Shown here one piece after another: positions 48,301 through 60,240 of a DNA stretch of 64,000 nucleotides (position 1 is its first letter; every line of letters starts with the position of its first letter). The stretch lies in contig CAJFCJ010000020.1 in the NCBI GenBank assembly GCA_904063045.1, positions 1,418,916-1,482,915 on the forward strand, written 5' to 3'. This DNA comes from Dimorphilus gyrociliatus. Lineage: Eukaryota > Animalia > Annelida. The translations under genes and the position numbers were made by a program. The notes under the pieces were generated by a model. The model saw nothing but the letters and a program-made list of their open reading frames with translations, made no database searches and had not been told where the DNA came from.

Positions 48301-50105
48301 AAGAGTATACCTGACAAGAAGATTTAATGGTTGTATCAAGATTAACTGACGAGCATGAAGAGGGATTTGTTGATTGCTTCGGGACGCATAATCCATTCTG
48401 ACACCAATTCGAGTTTCCTGTTCCACATCTACTTCCCGGTAGTAATCCAGGTGTGTGTAGAGTACACTGATTACTACTCAGTCTACATTGAAGTTGCTTG
48501 CAATTATCTGGGTTGTTTTCCTGGACAAAAGGACATAGTGGATTTGATGTTAGTCTTCTACATTGTTCATCTGCTGTTGAAAACCCAGACACATCGGGGA
48601 AGCCTGTTGTTGGACTTACACCACCCAATCCAGCGTGAGCACAAGGTCTATTGTATAAACAAACTCTTTCGTATCCGTTGGAGTTGGTGCCTCTTAGAAT
48701 AGTTCTCATTTCATTAATAGAGCATTGGGACCATCTATAACGATTGGCGATAGTGTTTAAATTTCCATCTCCACCTTCGGCAGTCATTATGAAAGACTGT
48801 CTAGAATCACATGTATTGGTACCTGTGCCATCATGTTGACAGCCTAGAGAATGACCCAATTCATGAGCCATTGTAGACCATGTATTTAAATCATCTTCTA
48901 TAATTGTCTGTCTTCCATCGTTTCCACAAATACCAAACGCGTTTTCAGCATATGGCGCAAGTCCGACTATACTTGAACTCATCCTTTGACCATTTGCATA
49001 CGCAGCAAGATTATATTTAGTTATCCAGAACAGATAATCATAATCCGACCAGCTTTGTGCTTTTGAAAATGTTTCAAGATTATTCAGCATCTTCTCACTG
49101 TCGATATACGTTGTTTGAGGAGTGGATTGAATACCTTCAGGTATGGCATTACGATAAACATCTTGTTCAAGTTGATTAAAACGATTTGTTATAATAATTA
49201 GCTCTTTCAACCAAACCGACACTTGAAATTGATAAGTATTCCTATCAATGTTTTTATAAACTGTGTCAACTTGATTCATTTGGGCAACAACGTACAATCT
49301 CAATCCAGATAAGGCTCTTGCTTGATCTTGTCCATTGAGAGTCAAGAAGCGATTATACATTGTAGAATCAGTATAGACTCGGCTTTCGATGTGATAATCT
49401 TCGTATTGGCCTGGTCCAGCTCTGGCAGCTTTAACTTTAGGTCCTCCTTCATTGTCGGATTTCTCTTTTTTTACATAATCCTTGATATCTCCTATGGGAA
49501 TGAATATGAACAAGCAGATAAATATTTATTTAACTTTGTTCGAAAACTGCCTTGTAATTTTTTTTAATATACCTGCTTCGCTTTCAGGTACTATAATTTC
49601 TTCAATATAATGTTCTAAACTGGAATCATCACCAGAGTCAAGAGATGAAGTATCGCAATTACTATTAACAGGCCTAATTTTAAACGGCCCACTTCCGTCT
49701 TGTCTCCTCACCAAACCGTCCTAAGAATTATGATTAATTTATATGTATATGTAAATATTTATTTTAAAAACAGCCCCCGCTTTTTATTTTTAAACTTACA
49801 AGTCTTATACAGGGTCCTTCTTCAGAGGCAACAATTGAACTTCCAGTTTCAGGATGTGAATAGCCCTTGGCACGAAGTGGTCCTAAATCTATATTCTCAG
49901 TTGAATTTAATCCATAGACAGTTGTATTTAAAATGCTGTAATCATATCCATTAAGTCCTAGAGTTATATTCAATTTCAACTTAGTAGATTGTATCTTTAA
50001 TTGCGTTGGCAGGGGATTATATTTTGGAACTTTAAATGTTGTTTTTTGACCAACCGCACTAGCCAAAGGTGATGACAGAAACGCACAAATAAACAACAGC
50101 AACAT
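39373..50105 (-). CDS. ~2740-aa secreted ADAMTS-like M12B metalloprotease: signal peptide, prodomain, catalytic domain, Cys-rich domain, PLAC-like module, ~53 EGF repeats, C-terminal ShKT
   Basis: 26 exons join in frame (8226 nt): 50105-49800, 49720-49573, 49491-48311, 48248-46139, 46071-45955, 45904-45782, 45725-45498, 45432-44947, 44897-44775, 44676-44566, 44234-44124, 44066-43953, 43889-43779, 43713-43603, 43526-43008, seven 234-nt exons, 40268-40038, 39916-39641, 39554-39373. Zinc motif HELGHSLGCQHD, Met-turn FIMTA, ADEQC...WCQNGLCV, terminal CLDAGGRAHC...CKFTCNLC. Confidence 0.85.
40038..40565 (-). repeat. Two further copies of the same EGF exon unit (second copy diverged at its 3' end)
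   Basis: Exons 40565-40332 (234 nt) and 40268-40038 (231 nt) are joined by the same 63-nt intron sequence. Confidence 0.9.
41227..42941 (-). repeat. Tandem array of six near-identical 234-nt exons with 62-63-nt introns (period 296-297 bp)
   Basis: Exons at 42941-42708, 42645-42412, 42349-42116, 42053-41820, 41757-41524 and 41460-41227. Antisense ORF starts at 41405, 41702, 41998, 42294 and 42590 show the period. Confidence 0.95.
47350..47793. repeat. Intra-exonic 222-bp direct tandem duplication (two EGF repeats per unit)
   Basis: ccattagcttccgaaatacac recurs at 47350 and 47572, with a diverged third start at 47794. The protein repeat CTPNICNNG.CISEANG...RIDYCLNHGCVNGQCESLVGSYQCRC is duplicated. 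Confidence 0.9.
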
Positions 50106-50376
50106 ATTTTCCCTGTGGTTTTATACTTTTATTAAGTATGAAGGCAGTTGTTTGCATAGTACAAGCCTTTTAAATACGTTAATTTCAACATATAGCATTA
50201 ATTTCATTAAATTTTAAATAAATGAATAAATGTACACTTAATAAGTTTTTCCCACTTACATTGTTTTATCTTAAGTTCAACCGGTGCTTCTTATAACATA
50301 GCGAGTACACCGAAAGATACGGCTCTAGAACGGCGACTTGAATACGCGTCTGCTCGCCTATGGGGTGTTGTCCCTC

Positions 50377-50385
50377 TTTTATATA
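50377..50385 (-). promoter_or_regulatory. Candidate TATA box of the protease-EGF gene
   Basis: TATATAAAA on the minus strand lies upstream of a 5'UTR exon ending at a GTAAGT donor (50259). The intron acceptor CAG is at 50115-50113, 7 nt before the ATG. Confidence 0.45.
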
Positions 50386-52214
50386 GCAAAGAGGACTATT
50401 CATAGATATAGAAAGGCGCTTCCACTCGGCCAAGCGTGACGCCATATTATAAAAAGTCGGAATTATAGCCCATCAAGGCCTAAATTCTCTCCATATTTTT
50501 CTACGACTTGTAAAAGATAAAAAATCATATTATATTTCATACATAGATATTTGTATCTTGTCTTTTATTCGTTTTTTTATACTATAAATATAAGGAATAT
50601 ATATATTTATAAAGAATATATTCAATTGATTTTAGTCATAAAAAAAGGAAGAAATGAGAATCAAATGTTGCTGTTGGGCGAATTAATTTCAAAATTAATA
50701 AGCTTTTTATAAAACTGTCTACATTCTTGAGTATTAATATATTAATATTATTAAAATCAATTATATTTTATTAGGTAGAATGCTTCAACATATCATTCTA
50801 ACTTCGTTTAAGAAGCTTTTGTAAAAGTATATAGGCCCTGGCTTATTATATCTATAGAATTTAAATATTTCAACAATAGTTGTTAGAGTTTTCATGTCTC
50901 CATTCTTTTTTTTATATAAATAAAAATTTAAGCTATGTAAAATTTATATGAAAAGAAATTGATCTGTTTTAATGAAAAGAAAGAAATTAGTTTTTTATTT
51001 TCTTTAGAAAAAAAAAATTATATTATTCTTATCTATATTTTTATATATAGTTTATACTTCATTTTTAATGATTAATTACTACTTTTAAACTCCTTTTAAT
51101 AGATTTATATAGTCTTTTTTAGAAAAGAATTTTCACAGGATTCAGAAAAGGAAAAAAAATTTTACGTCAATTATACACAGCGGGAGTTTAGCGGGCAAAT
51201 ATTAAGGTCGATATACGGCGAACGTTTTACGTTCGATTGTTCCAGATTTCGAACAATATTCTTAATAAAGTTTAATATTTTTTTTATACTATAAAATTCT
51301 AGTCCATTATTTTTTGAGAAATTGTCTTTTTAATATTTATTTAAGAGAGCTATTAAATTCGCTTAGGTGAAGTAAGAAATACACTTTCCTACTCGTAAAA
51401 TGATCAAATGTCAGCCTTTCTCTCTTTTGTCAAGGTCACTCTTTTCATGTCAAGTCAAAGTTTCTAAAATTCAATAAATTATATATATAGAAATATGATT
51501 CGTAAAATTATATAAGACTCACTTCGGCTATTAGCTCTCTTATAGCAATCTAAATAATTCAAACGACAATGAAAGAAGGTCAAACGGTGCGTCAATTGTG
51601 TTATTCTAAAAACAGAACATTTTTATTAGTAGTCTGTTAATTGAACAATTTTATACAACTCGATTTAGAAATATACCTATTATTAAAACTGCAAGATAGT
51701 GATGAGCTAAGTCTTTCGTTAATTTTATAAATTAAATATTGAACGTCATGCAATATTATCTGATATTAGTATTTGATGCCTTTTTTATTCTTATTTAAAC
51801 ATTGTAGTAAGCGATTGTATTTTATTGTTCGATAGAACATATATATCTAACAACTAAAACTTTGTTGTATCTTTCTATTTAATAGTTTTTCCCTACAGGG
51901 TTATTTAAAGGTATCCAAGCTGTTTAAAAACCCTTTAGCAACTACTTTTGTATTATACCTCTGTAACCTAAACTCTCCCTCTCGCTGTTGAAGAGAAAGA
52001 TTTACCTCCTCAAATGCTATTATTTTCATTTTTCAACTGTCTTCCTTTCAAGACACCCTCTAACTGCGGGGTATAGGTAAATTTTCCCCTTAATTATATC
52101 ACAAGTGCGCTACATGCGGTATTATACAATATATTGTAATATTTTCACATCAGATGGCACTTTAGTCACTATTTTTAAAAGCATAAAACGCCATCTGTAA
52201 TTGACCTTGCAATC

Positions 52215-53018
52215 ATGGCTCTTCGCCGTGTTTTAAGGTCTTCCTTGGGTTTCAGGCGGTATTCAACCCATTTCGGATATGAAACTGTTTCAGAGAATGA
52301 AAAGGGTCAACGCGTAGGCGAAGTCTTTAGTAATGTTGCTGAATATTACGACTTAATGAATGATGCCATGTCTGGCGGTATTCATAGGGTCTGGAAGGAC
52401 TATTTTGTAAATAAGATGAGCCCGAGAAGCGATACCCGCCTTCTGGATGTCGCTGGAGGTACTGGTGACATTGCTTTCAGGTGTTTAAGACACATGAAGA
52501 ATTCTGCCTTACCTGATGAGCATCAATCAGGTGAAATTATTGTATGTGATATCAATGCCGAAATGTTGAAAGTTGGCGAAAAGAGGGCGAAGCAGGATGG
52601 TCTAGAACTTAAATGGGTTCAGGGTAATGCTGAAGAATTACCTTTTCCCGAAAATTCTTTCGATGTCTACTCTATAGCTTATGGAATTAGGAATGTAACA
52701 AGAATACAAAAGGCTTTGGAAGAAGCCTTTCGAGTATTAAAAGTTGGCGGAAGATTTATGTGTTTAGAGTTTTCAGATGTTCAGAATCCCATCATTAATG
52801 ATGTTTACGATTGGTATTCATTTAACATCATACCAGTAACCGGAAAACTACTATCAGGAGATTGGAAGTCCTATCAATACTTAGTAGAAAGTATTAGACA
52901 ATTTCCGAAAGCCGATGACTTTAAAAATATGATAGAAGAAGCCGGTTTCCAAGAAGTTCATTATGAGAAACTCATGTTTGGAGTGTCTGCTATTCACTCT
53001 GGCTTCAAACTAAAGTAA
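52215..53018 (+). CDS. COQ5: 2-methoxy-6-polyprenyl-1,4-benzoquinol methylase, mitochondrial (intronless)
   Basis: THFGYETV, VFSNVAEYYDLMNDAMSGGIHRVWKD, LLDVAGGTGDIAFR, AYGIRNVT, WKSYQYLVESIRQFP, SAIHSGFKL. Confidence 0.95.
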   Translation: MALRRVLRSSLGFRRYSTHFGYETVSENEKGQRVGEVFSNVAEYYDLMNDAMSGGIHRVWKDYFVNKMSPRSDTRLLDVAGGTGDIAFRCLRHMKNSALPDEHQSGEIIVCDINAEMLKVGEKRAKQDGLELKWVQGNAEELPFPENSFDVYSIAYGIRNVTRIQKALEEAFRVLKVGGRFMCLEFSDVQNPIINDVYDWYSFNIIPVTGKLLSGDWKSYQYLVESIRQFPKADDFKNMIEEAGFQEVHYEKLMFGVSAIHSGFKLK

Positions 53019-53110
53019 ATATACTTCAAGTCTTACAAAAACTTAAAATATAACATAGTTATTGTATGGTTTGTAAAAATGTATTTTTTTAGTAAATAAA
53101 ACTTAATAAT

Positions 53111-54765
53111 TCAAGCATCGACAGTTATTTCTTCATTTTCTTCATTCATAAGAATTTCATCCATATGATTAATTTCTAAACACCTAACAATTCTGTGTAA
53201 AAGTGATTGAATAAATCGATAAAGTATAAGTGAAATATTTAATTAGGCTTACGCAATAAAAACAGCTCCAACAAGGCAAAACAAACTGGCTACTAGAAAG
53301 ACAAATCCAGGAAAGACATGTACAGTTTTGGCATAAATCACATCAAATAGGCTTGTCGAAGCTAACTGGGCAATAGCTTCTATGAAACTGACAACTGAAA
53401 ATAAAGCTCCTGCAAGAGAAAAATTAGAACAATTCACTGCTTTCAATAACTTCATATGATTCAGTTATACCTTGGTGAAATCTAGATATAAGGAGTGAGA
53501 GATATCCTCTGATTAGAGGAAACCCAATGAAAGTCCCACTGCCTATAAATGGTGCTGTAGGAATAAATAAAACTTATTTATATTCACATATTGTTTATTA
53601 TTTATTTGTAATGACCTATGAACATCATCCAACTCTTCGTAGAAACTGATTGCACAAGTTGCATTAGAGCTGAAGATATTATTCCAATAAGAGACATTGT
53701 AGAAAGACGTAGAGAACAACATGTCCTAAAGATCTTTGCCCACACTATGCCTAAAATTATAACGAGCATTATAGTAACACCACTGAAAATGCCTATTTCC
53801 ACTGAATTCCAACACAGTGGGGCACTCATCATAAATAAAGTATTTGCATCGTTTCGTCCAACGAATACCATATAATTACAAAGAAAGGCAGCTGTGAGTA
53901 ATCTCAGCACCCATCCTCTTCTACCAGACATAAGAAATAATTTAAATCCCTCCTTGGAATCCTTTAAGTTGAATAAGTCTTTGAGTTTATTGGTCCCTTT
54001 TGGGGAATAAATGGTTTCAGGTACAAAGAAGAATAGGTAGATCATGGATAAGAAATAAATAGAAAACACAGCGAAAAAAGGTTGAGAAAAATTGGTACTT
54101 TTAATCCAATATCCAATTCCTATTTGAGCAGCTCCAGCAACGAGAGCCATCAAACCTTCAGCTGTAATTATTTTCAAGCTTCTTTGATCAGTATCAGTAA
54201 TATCGGCTATATAAGAGAAAGCCCCAAGAGTTAATCCATTGTTCCCACCAAATAAACCATAAATAGTTTTTCCAATATATAAATATAGAATATTTAATTT
54301 TAGTGATACAACTAACACAGTTATCAAAGAGTCACAGAGAGCCCCTATCATAGAGATATACATAATTGGTTTTCGACCAATTCGATCACTCCAGGGTCCA
54401 ATAAAGAGAGCTATAAACATAGCCGGTATATTTTGAACTAAACTCAACCCTAACATAAACTCAGCTGACTTTTGTTGACCTTTATCCTTTTCGTAATTTT
54501 TTTGACATGTTTGGTTTTCTGTTGAATTTGATGGAGAAGTTAATACCGAATTTACGAACTGATTTGTTATTACAGGTGTAGAATAGCAACCAACGAAAAC
54601 CATAATGATCAATGGCTCAACGATAAATGTCCTTTTAGGTTTTATGATTTTTCTTTCCTGAAAATTATCATCTTTATTCACAAGGGGACTTGATTCGCCT
54701 TCGTCCGTGCTGTTATAGGATCGGATATCTGAAATCCCACTCTCTTGAGTTTCAGGATAAACCAT
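53111..54765 (-). CDS. MFS transporter of the SLC46 (PCFT/HCP1-like) family, 4 coding exons
   Basis: FIVEPLII, GPWSDRIGRKP (MFS motif A), FSYIADITDTDQRS, FFVPET, GALFSVVSFIEAIAQL. Stop TGA at 53113-53111. Confidence 0.85.
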
Positions 54766-55160
54766 TTCTTTTCAAGTTCTATATAAGATTGTCAGATAAG
54801 TTAAGGTCTCATTGTAAAAAAAATCATGTGACCATTGGCAGGCTCAAGGGATGAAAATTTAGAACATCGGGTCATTATCTAGGCCTATTCACCTTTATAT
54901 CAATGCAAATTTTTTATGGTAAAATATTATTAATTAATTTTTTTAAATTTTAAATACCTATTTTCACTTAAATCATCAAAAAATCACAATTCCTCATACA
55001 ATGCTGGATATTTTCTAAGAAATGTAAACTAGCAGACGATAATTTTGGCGCCACCTGCCAGGTTTGAAATAGTGGCTTTAGTAAAGTATATTTTTCGAAA
55101 GTTTACGACAGTCAACAATTTAGTAAAAAAATAACAATATATACTGAAATTGAATAAATT

Positions 55161-57482
55161 TCATGTAGAAGCATTCTCTTTGAAGGATTTGGCAAATAAG
55201 CAGAATGATGTTGAAGCTCTCTCCCGACATTCCTTATCCGAATCTTCATTCATAACTTTTTTCAACCACTCCATTACGTCTGTAGCATTTACAATTGTCA
55301 GTAAATTATTAGGATTCAAAGCTGATGCAATAACGCATAAGCCGTATAAAAGAGCTTGTTTGACACTTGGTTCTTCGTGCCACCTTAACAACCATATCAC
55401 TTCCAGCAAGTCAATACACATTTTATCCGACGTTACAACATTCCTTGCAACATTGACAATACTCGATATGGTATAGATGACTCTGGTTAAAACGATATGA
55501 TCTTTTCCTAATAAGTCAAGATAAGATCTTCTAACATCAAGCCCGGTTAAAAGAGGATAAAAAAATAGAGATACACTCGAAGATAATTTGTTTTCTCTCA
55601 CGTCACATTGTTTTGCTTTCGATCCCCAACGACGAGTTTTCGCCTCTAATCTATTCGCAACAAGTGCTCTACAATCTGTAACATTCGATTGCAAAGTGTT
55701 TTTTTTGGATTTGGAGGTGTCCTCTATAGCTTTTGCTGGTTCAGGGAAGGCCAATGACTTGGCTGCTGCTGAGAGAGCGTGCAACATCAGCAAGCGTTTC
55801 TCTATAGTATAATTATATTCGTAAACTTGACTTGTCATATATTTTGTCACTTTAGCAGGTGATACCACTATTAAAGCAACAAGAGCCTGAAATACATGAA
55901 TTTCACCTTCTTCTGTGGTAGGACTAATATGAAGTAAAACTTTAGCCATTTCATCTCCCATTTCGTCAACAGTTGACTTATTTTTCTGAATCAATTTGAC
56001 AGCATATTCTAGGCACGTGTTTGTAAGTTCGACATCTTGTGTCTGTATCAAACCATCTAAGCAATCGCGTAGGTAGTGGGGTACTTTGTTAGATCGTTTC
56101 GGAAGGTCATTAGATTGATCATATGCTGGCAAATCATCATCACTATCCAAATCTTCAGAGTTTATATTTGCTTCAGTTTCAACTTCTTCTTCAACTTTAA
56201 GATTTTTTATTATCTCTGCAATATCTTCTTCATTCTTAGCTAACTTCTCCTCAAGATTCTTTAGCTCTAATGTATATTCATTATCTGAATATTCAAATTC
56301 CAGTTTATCAGTGGAAACTTTAAGTTTACTCGTTAGAATTTCTCCACAACACATTCCCATAGTTCTAAGGTCATTATCTTCGATAGCGAGATGAATTTCT
56401 ACGCCTTGTAATAATGCTTTGCTGTCAAAATACTCTTGTTGAGGACAATTTATGGCGCAAATGACTAGGGCTCTGGTTATATAGAATCTTTGATGAATCG
56501 TTGAATGACGTAAAGCGCTAGCATCTGACCATATTCGGAGTAAGTTATTAACAGCATCTTTAAATAGAGTGAGCCTGGCAGGTGATGTTGTAAAGTGAGA
56601 GATTAGCACATTCAGCGAAGTGAGCGAAAGGTCACTTCGATGTAGTAGTAATTTTACTGTTAGCAAATTCTTTAATGAGGTATTTTCCAGAGCACTATTA
56701 ACTAGAAAACTTGAGAAAAGGCGCTCATTTCTTACATTCTTTAGAAGAGAGACAATAAAGCTTTCCTGTTGGGAAAACTGTAAAGTTGATAATAATTTAT
56801 AATTTATTCGATTCCAGATGCCATCATCAGCCTTTGAAACAAAAGTAGGTAAAATAGTCTTCCAAACATAGTCTCCGTATCCTATAACACACAGTTTACC
56901 TAATAATCTTGTAACTGCTCGAATTTGAAAATCTTTACTATTTTTAATACTTTCAACACCCTGTTTTATAACTATTAATATAGATGAACATACTTTAGGA
57001 ACAAGATTTGAAGGAACAAAAAGATCGGATAATTCTCTCTTTTGAAGATTTGCCATTCGGGATGTAAACGATCCTATAAGATTTATTACACAATCTTGAA
57101 TATCGTTTGGACTGTTGACAATACTTTCTAGTAAATTAGTAATCTTTTTTTGTTCTGTAAATTTTTCTAACAGAGAAGCACATTTTAATCTTTTGAACAT
57201 TGTTCCGGTTGAGCTATTGTTCAACAAAACGATAAAAGCATCTATTTCTGGTCCATCTAAAAATATTGAATCATAGGAGCTTTGACAATGAGCTGATTGT
57301 AGTTTCTTAACGAAGTCGACATCGTAGAGGGAGAGTAGGGAATTTAACGTTTCTGAATAATGCAATCGTTCTTTTGATTCTCGTTTTATTTTTAGAAGCT
57401 CTTCAGCTATTTTTGGAGGATCAAAATCTTTCAAATGCTTAATTTCGCTTTTAGGCTGAATGTGAGGACTAATATCTGCCAT
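55161..57482 (-). CDS. TELO2: Telomere length regulation protein TEL2 homolog (intronless CDS)
   Basis: SEDLDSDDDLPAYDQSND (CK2 motif), PHYLRDCLDGL, helical repeats, LANRLEAKTRRW-like ALVANRLEAKTRRWGS, FFYPLL, LRWHEEPSVKQALL. ATG at 57482 follows an acceptor site. Confidence 0.9.
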   Translation of the reverse strand: MADISPHIQPKSEIKHLKDFDPPKIAEELLKIKRESKERLHYSETLNSLLSLYDVDFVKKLQSAHCQSSYDSIFLDGPEIDAFIVLLNNSSTGTMFKRLKCASLLEKFTEQKKITNLLESIVNSPNDIQDCVINLIGSFTSRMANLQKRELSDLFVPSNLVPKVCSSILIVIKQGVESIKNSKDFQIRAVTRLLGKLCVIGYGDYVWKTILPTFVSKADDGIWNRINYKLLSTLQFSQQESFIVSLLKNVRNERLFSSFLVNSALENTSLKNLLTVKLLLHRSDLSLTSLNVLISHFTTSPARLTLFKDAVNNLLRIWSDASALRHSTIHQRFYITRALVICAINCPQQEYFDSKALLQGVEIHLAIEDNDLRTMGMCCGEILTSKLKVSTDKLEFEYSDNEYTLELKNLEEKLAKNEEDIAEIIKNLKVEEEVETEANINSEDLDSDDDLPAYDQSNDLPKRSNKVPHYLRDCLDGLIQTQDVELTNTCLEYAVKLIQKNKSTVDEMGDEMAKVLLHISPTTEEGEIHVFQALVALIVVSPAKVTKYMTSQVYEYNYTIEKRLLMLHALSAAAKSLAFPEPAKAIEDTSKSKKNTLQSNVTDCRALVANRLEAKTRRWGSKAKQCDVRENKLSSSVSLFFYPLLTGLDVRRSYLDLLGKDHIVLTRVIYTISSIVNVARNVVTSDKMCIDLLEVIWLLRWHEEPSVKQALLYGLCVIASALNPNNLLTIVNATDVMEWLKKVMNEDSDKECRERASTSFCLFAKSFKENAST

Positions 57483-58179
57483 ATTTTTTTTTCTGCAATA
57501 ATAAACAATAGTAGAATATATCATTAACTAAACTGTACGTTATTTGAGTATTGCTATAAAGGTAGTCATATGTAAATAATATTAACATTACCATTTAGAC
57601 AAAAAAATTTCTTAGGAGGTAATAGTAGCTATATACTTGATTAATTCTTACAAGTATTCTCTTGTAATGTTGAATACAACTTGAAGTTCAACTATATCAT
57701 TATAATATCGCTCACAAAATTAGTTTTTATTCAAACGAATTATTCTTTGAAAGAAAGACAAGTTTTTTTATTAAAAAAAACTTCCTTTAAAACCAGTTAA
57801 TCAGCAAAATATGCCTATATGTCTAGTTTTATCTATTCAAAAGAAACGTAATATTCAAGTGTCGTGAATTGAACGGTGTATACTATATCCTTCACCTTTG
57901 TTGACATTATTTTCGTATATTGTGAAATAGGTTTGATTAGTATAACTTCGCCCCTGGTTCACTATTTGGTATCATAGCACTACGAAAATATCTGTGCTCA
58001 CTATAAGGGCGCTTCTACAGATATAATAATTCAAGGGTTTATTGTAATAGTGGGATAACTGACCTTCGTCAGTGAAGGGTATTTTTTGTTTTGATTCCAT
58101 ATCACATGTGAGATTTTGAAAAATCATTGTGAGGACGTAAATTGTCACTGATTCTATTAACTGCGCAAGAACCATTTAA

Positions 58180-59671
58180 ATGTACGCTTCTACCTTTAGA
58201 TTTCTAATTGCCAATAGGCAACAACTAGTCCTGAAGCTTAGACGAGCCATGTCAACAACCAAAAATTATGACCTTTTGGTGCTTGGAGGTGGTTCTGGAG
58301 GATTAGCAGCAGCTAGAAGAGCCGCAGAATTTGGTGCATCAGCAGTTATCTTTGATGGAGCTTATGTTGGCGGTACTTGTGTAAACGTTGGTTGTGTACC
58401 GAAAAAGGTTACTTATTATGCCGCAAATCACGCAGATTTTATAAGAAATAATCTTGATTATGGATTTCATGTAGAGTACAAAAGTTTTGATTTTGCAACG
58501 TTCAAGAAGAAAAGAGACGACTATATTAAGCGATTACATTCTATTTACTTTTCCAATTTGAATAAAGCAAATGTCGATTGGGTTAATGCCTATGGATCAA
58601 TCACCCCTGATGGTTCCATTCAAGCTGATGGTAAAATATATAAAGGAAAACATATTATAATTGCTACAGGATCTACACCAATTCTGCCAACAAATATTCC
58701 CGGATATGATTTAGGTATGACATCTGATGGATTTTTTGAAATGGAAGAATTACCCAAGAAATCAGTTATTGTTGGAGCGGGCTATATAGGAGTAGAATTA
58801 GCTGGAATGCTTCATGGGTTAGGAACTGATGCAACGTTGGTTATAAGAAAGGACAGAGTTTTAAGAAACTTTGACGGAGATTTAAGTAGAGAAGTGACAG
58901 CCTCTTTAGAAACGGAAGGTGTCAATCTAAAACGTAACAGTCAAGTGGCTGAGGTTGTGAAAGACGGAAATAAATTGAAAATCACTCTGGATGATAATTC
59001 TACTATCGATCAAGTTGATAATCTTATTTGGGCTGTTGGAAGAAGACCAAATTCAGAGAAGCTTAATTTGGAATCAGTTGGAATCAAAACAGATAAAATA
59101 GGTTTGTATTATTACCATTTTGTTATTATGGTTGGAATTTTTATCTTACTTTTACTATTTAACAGGGAATATCGTTGTTGACGAATTTCAGAATACTTCC
59201 GTTCCAAACTTTTATTCCATAGGGGATGTTTGTGGGCATGCTCAGTTAACTCCAGTAGCAATAGCCGCTGGCAGGAAGCTAGCACATCGAATATTTAATG
59301 GGGAAAAGAATTCAAAATTGGATTATTCAGCAATACCTACTGTTGTTTTTTCTCATCCTCCTTCAGGTACTATTGGACCATCTGAAGAGGAAGTAAGAAG
59401 TCTCTATCAAGAAGATCAAATAAAAATCTACAAGACCGCATTTACCCCCATGTACAACGCTCTTACAACTCATAAGACTAGAACTTTTATGAAGTTAATT
59501 TGCATTGGCAAAGATGAAAGGGTTATTGGTCTACATATGATTGGTCATGGATGTGATGAGATATTACAAGGATTCGGAGTTGCAATTAAAATGGGCGCAA
59601 CGAAAAAACAATTCGATTCCTGCGTAGCCATTCATCCTACTTCTGCCGAAGAACTTGTAACCATGCGTTAA
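58180..59671 (+). CDS. GSR: Glutathione-disulfide reductase (mitochondrial and cytosolic starts)
   Basis: [46 protein letters not shown]-terminal [15 protein letters not shown]. One intron (59102-59164). Second ATG at 58249. Confidence 0.95.
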
Positions 59672-60240
59672 AATAGTATAAACTATTTGCCGTGTCTTTT
59701 TTGTAGATTGACATCCATAAATTTAAATATAATAAATCAATTTATCAATAACAAACTCTCTAATTGTCAGCTAGATGGCGTTGGTATTGAAATTCTGCAA
59801 AAAAAAAAAACACGAAAGCATATATCAAAAAGTAATAACTGAAAAATATGTTACCTATGTGATAAAAAACTGTTGTTCAATAGTTCAATACTTGTTTTGA
59901 AAAATGGAAAAGAAGCACTAACATCTTCTCTAAAGAGCAATTAATCATTTCTTAACTAAATTCTAATAGAAGTATATTTCTGAAATTTTAAAAGTGAAGA
60001 AATCTTCTATTATGAATTTTTGTTTACTTGGATAAAAAGAGAGATTAATTTCTATTGTAACGGACTTAGGTCGCCTTGAAAGATGATAGGTGATAATGGG
60101 GTAAAAGATAGTTCTCATGAGAAGCCTAAAATACAATTGAGTCAGTTATATTTAGAAACTTAATAACCATCATATACTAAAATAGAAAAATACAATTTCA
60201 TTGATGAGTAGTCGACAGAAGAAAACTTAAGAACTGGAAA

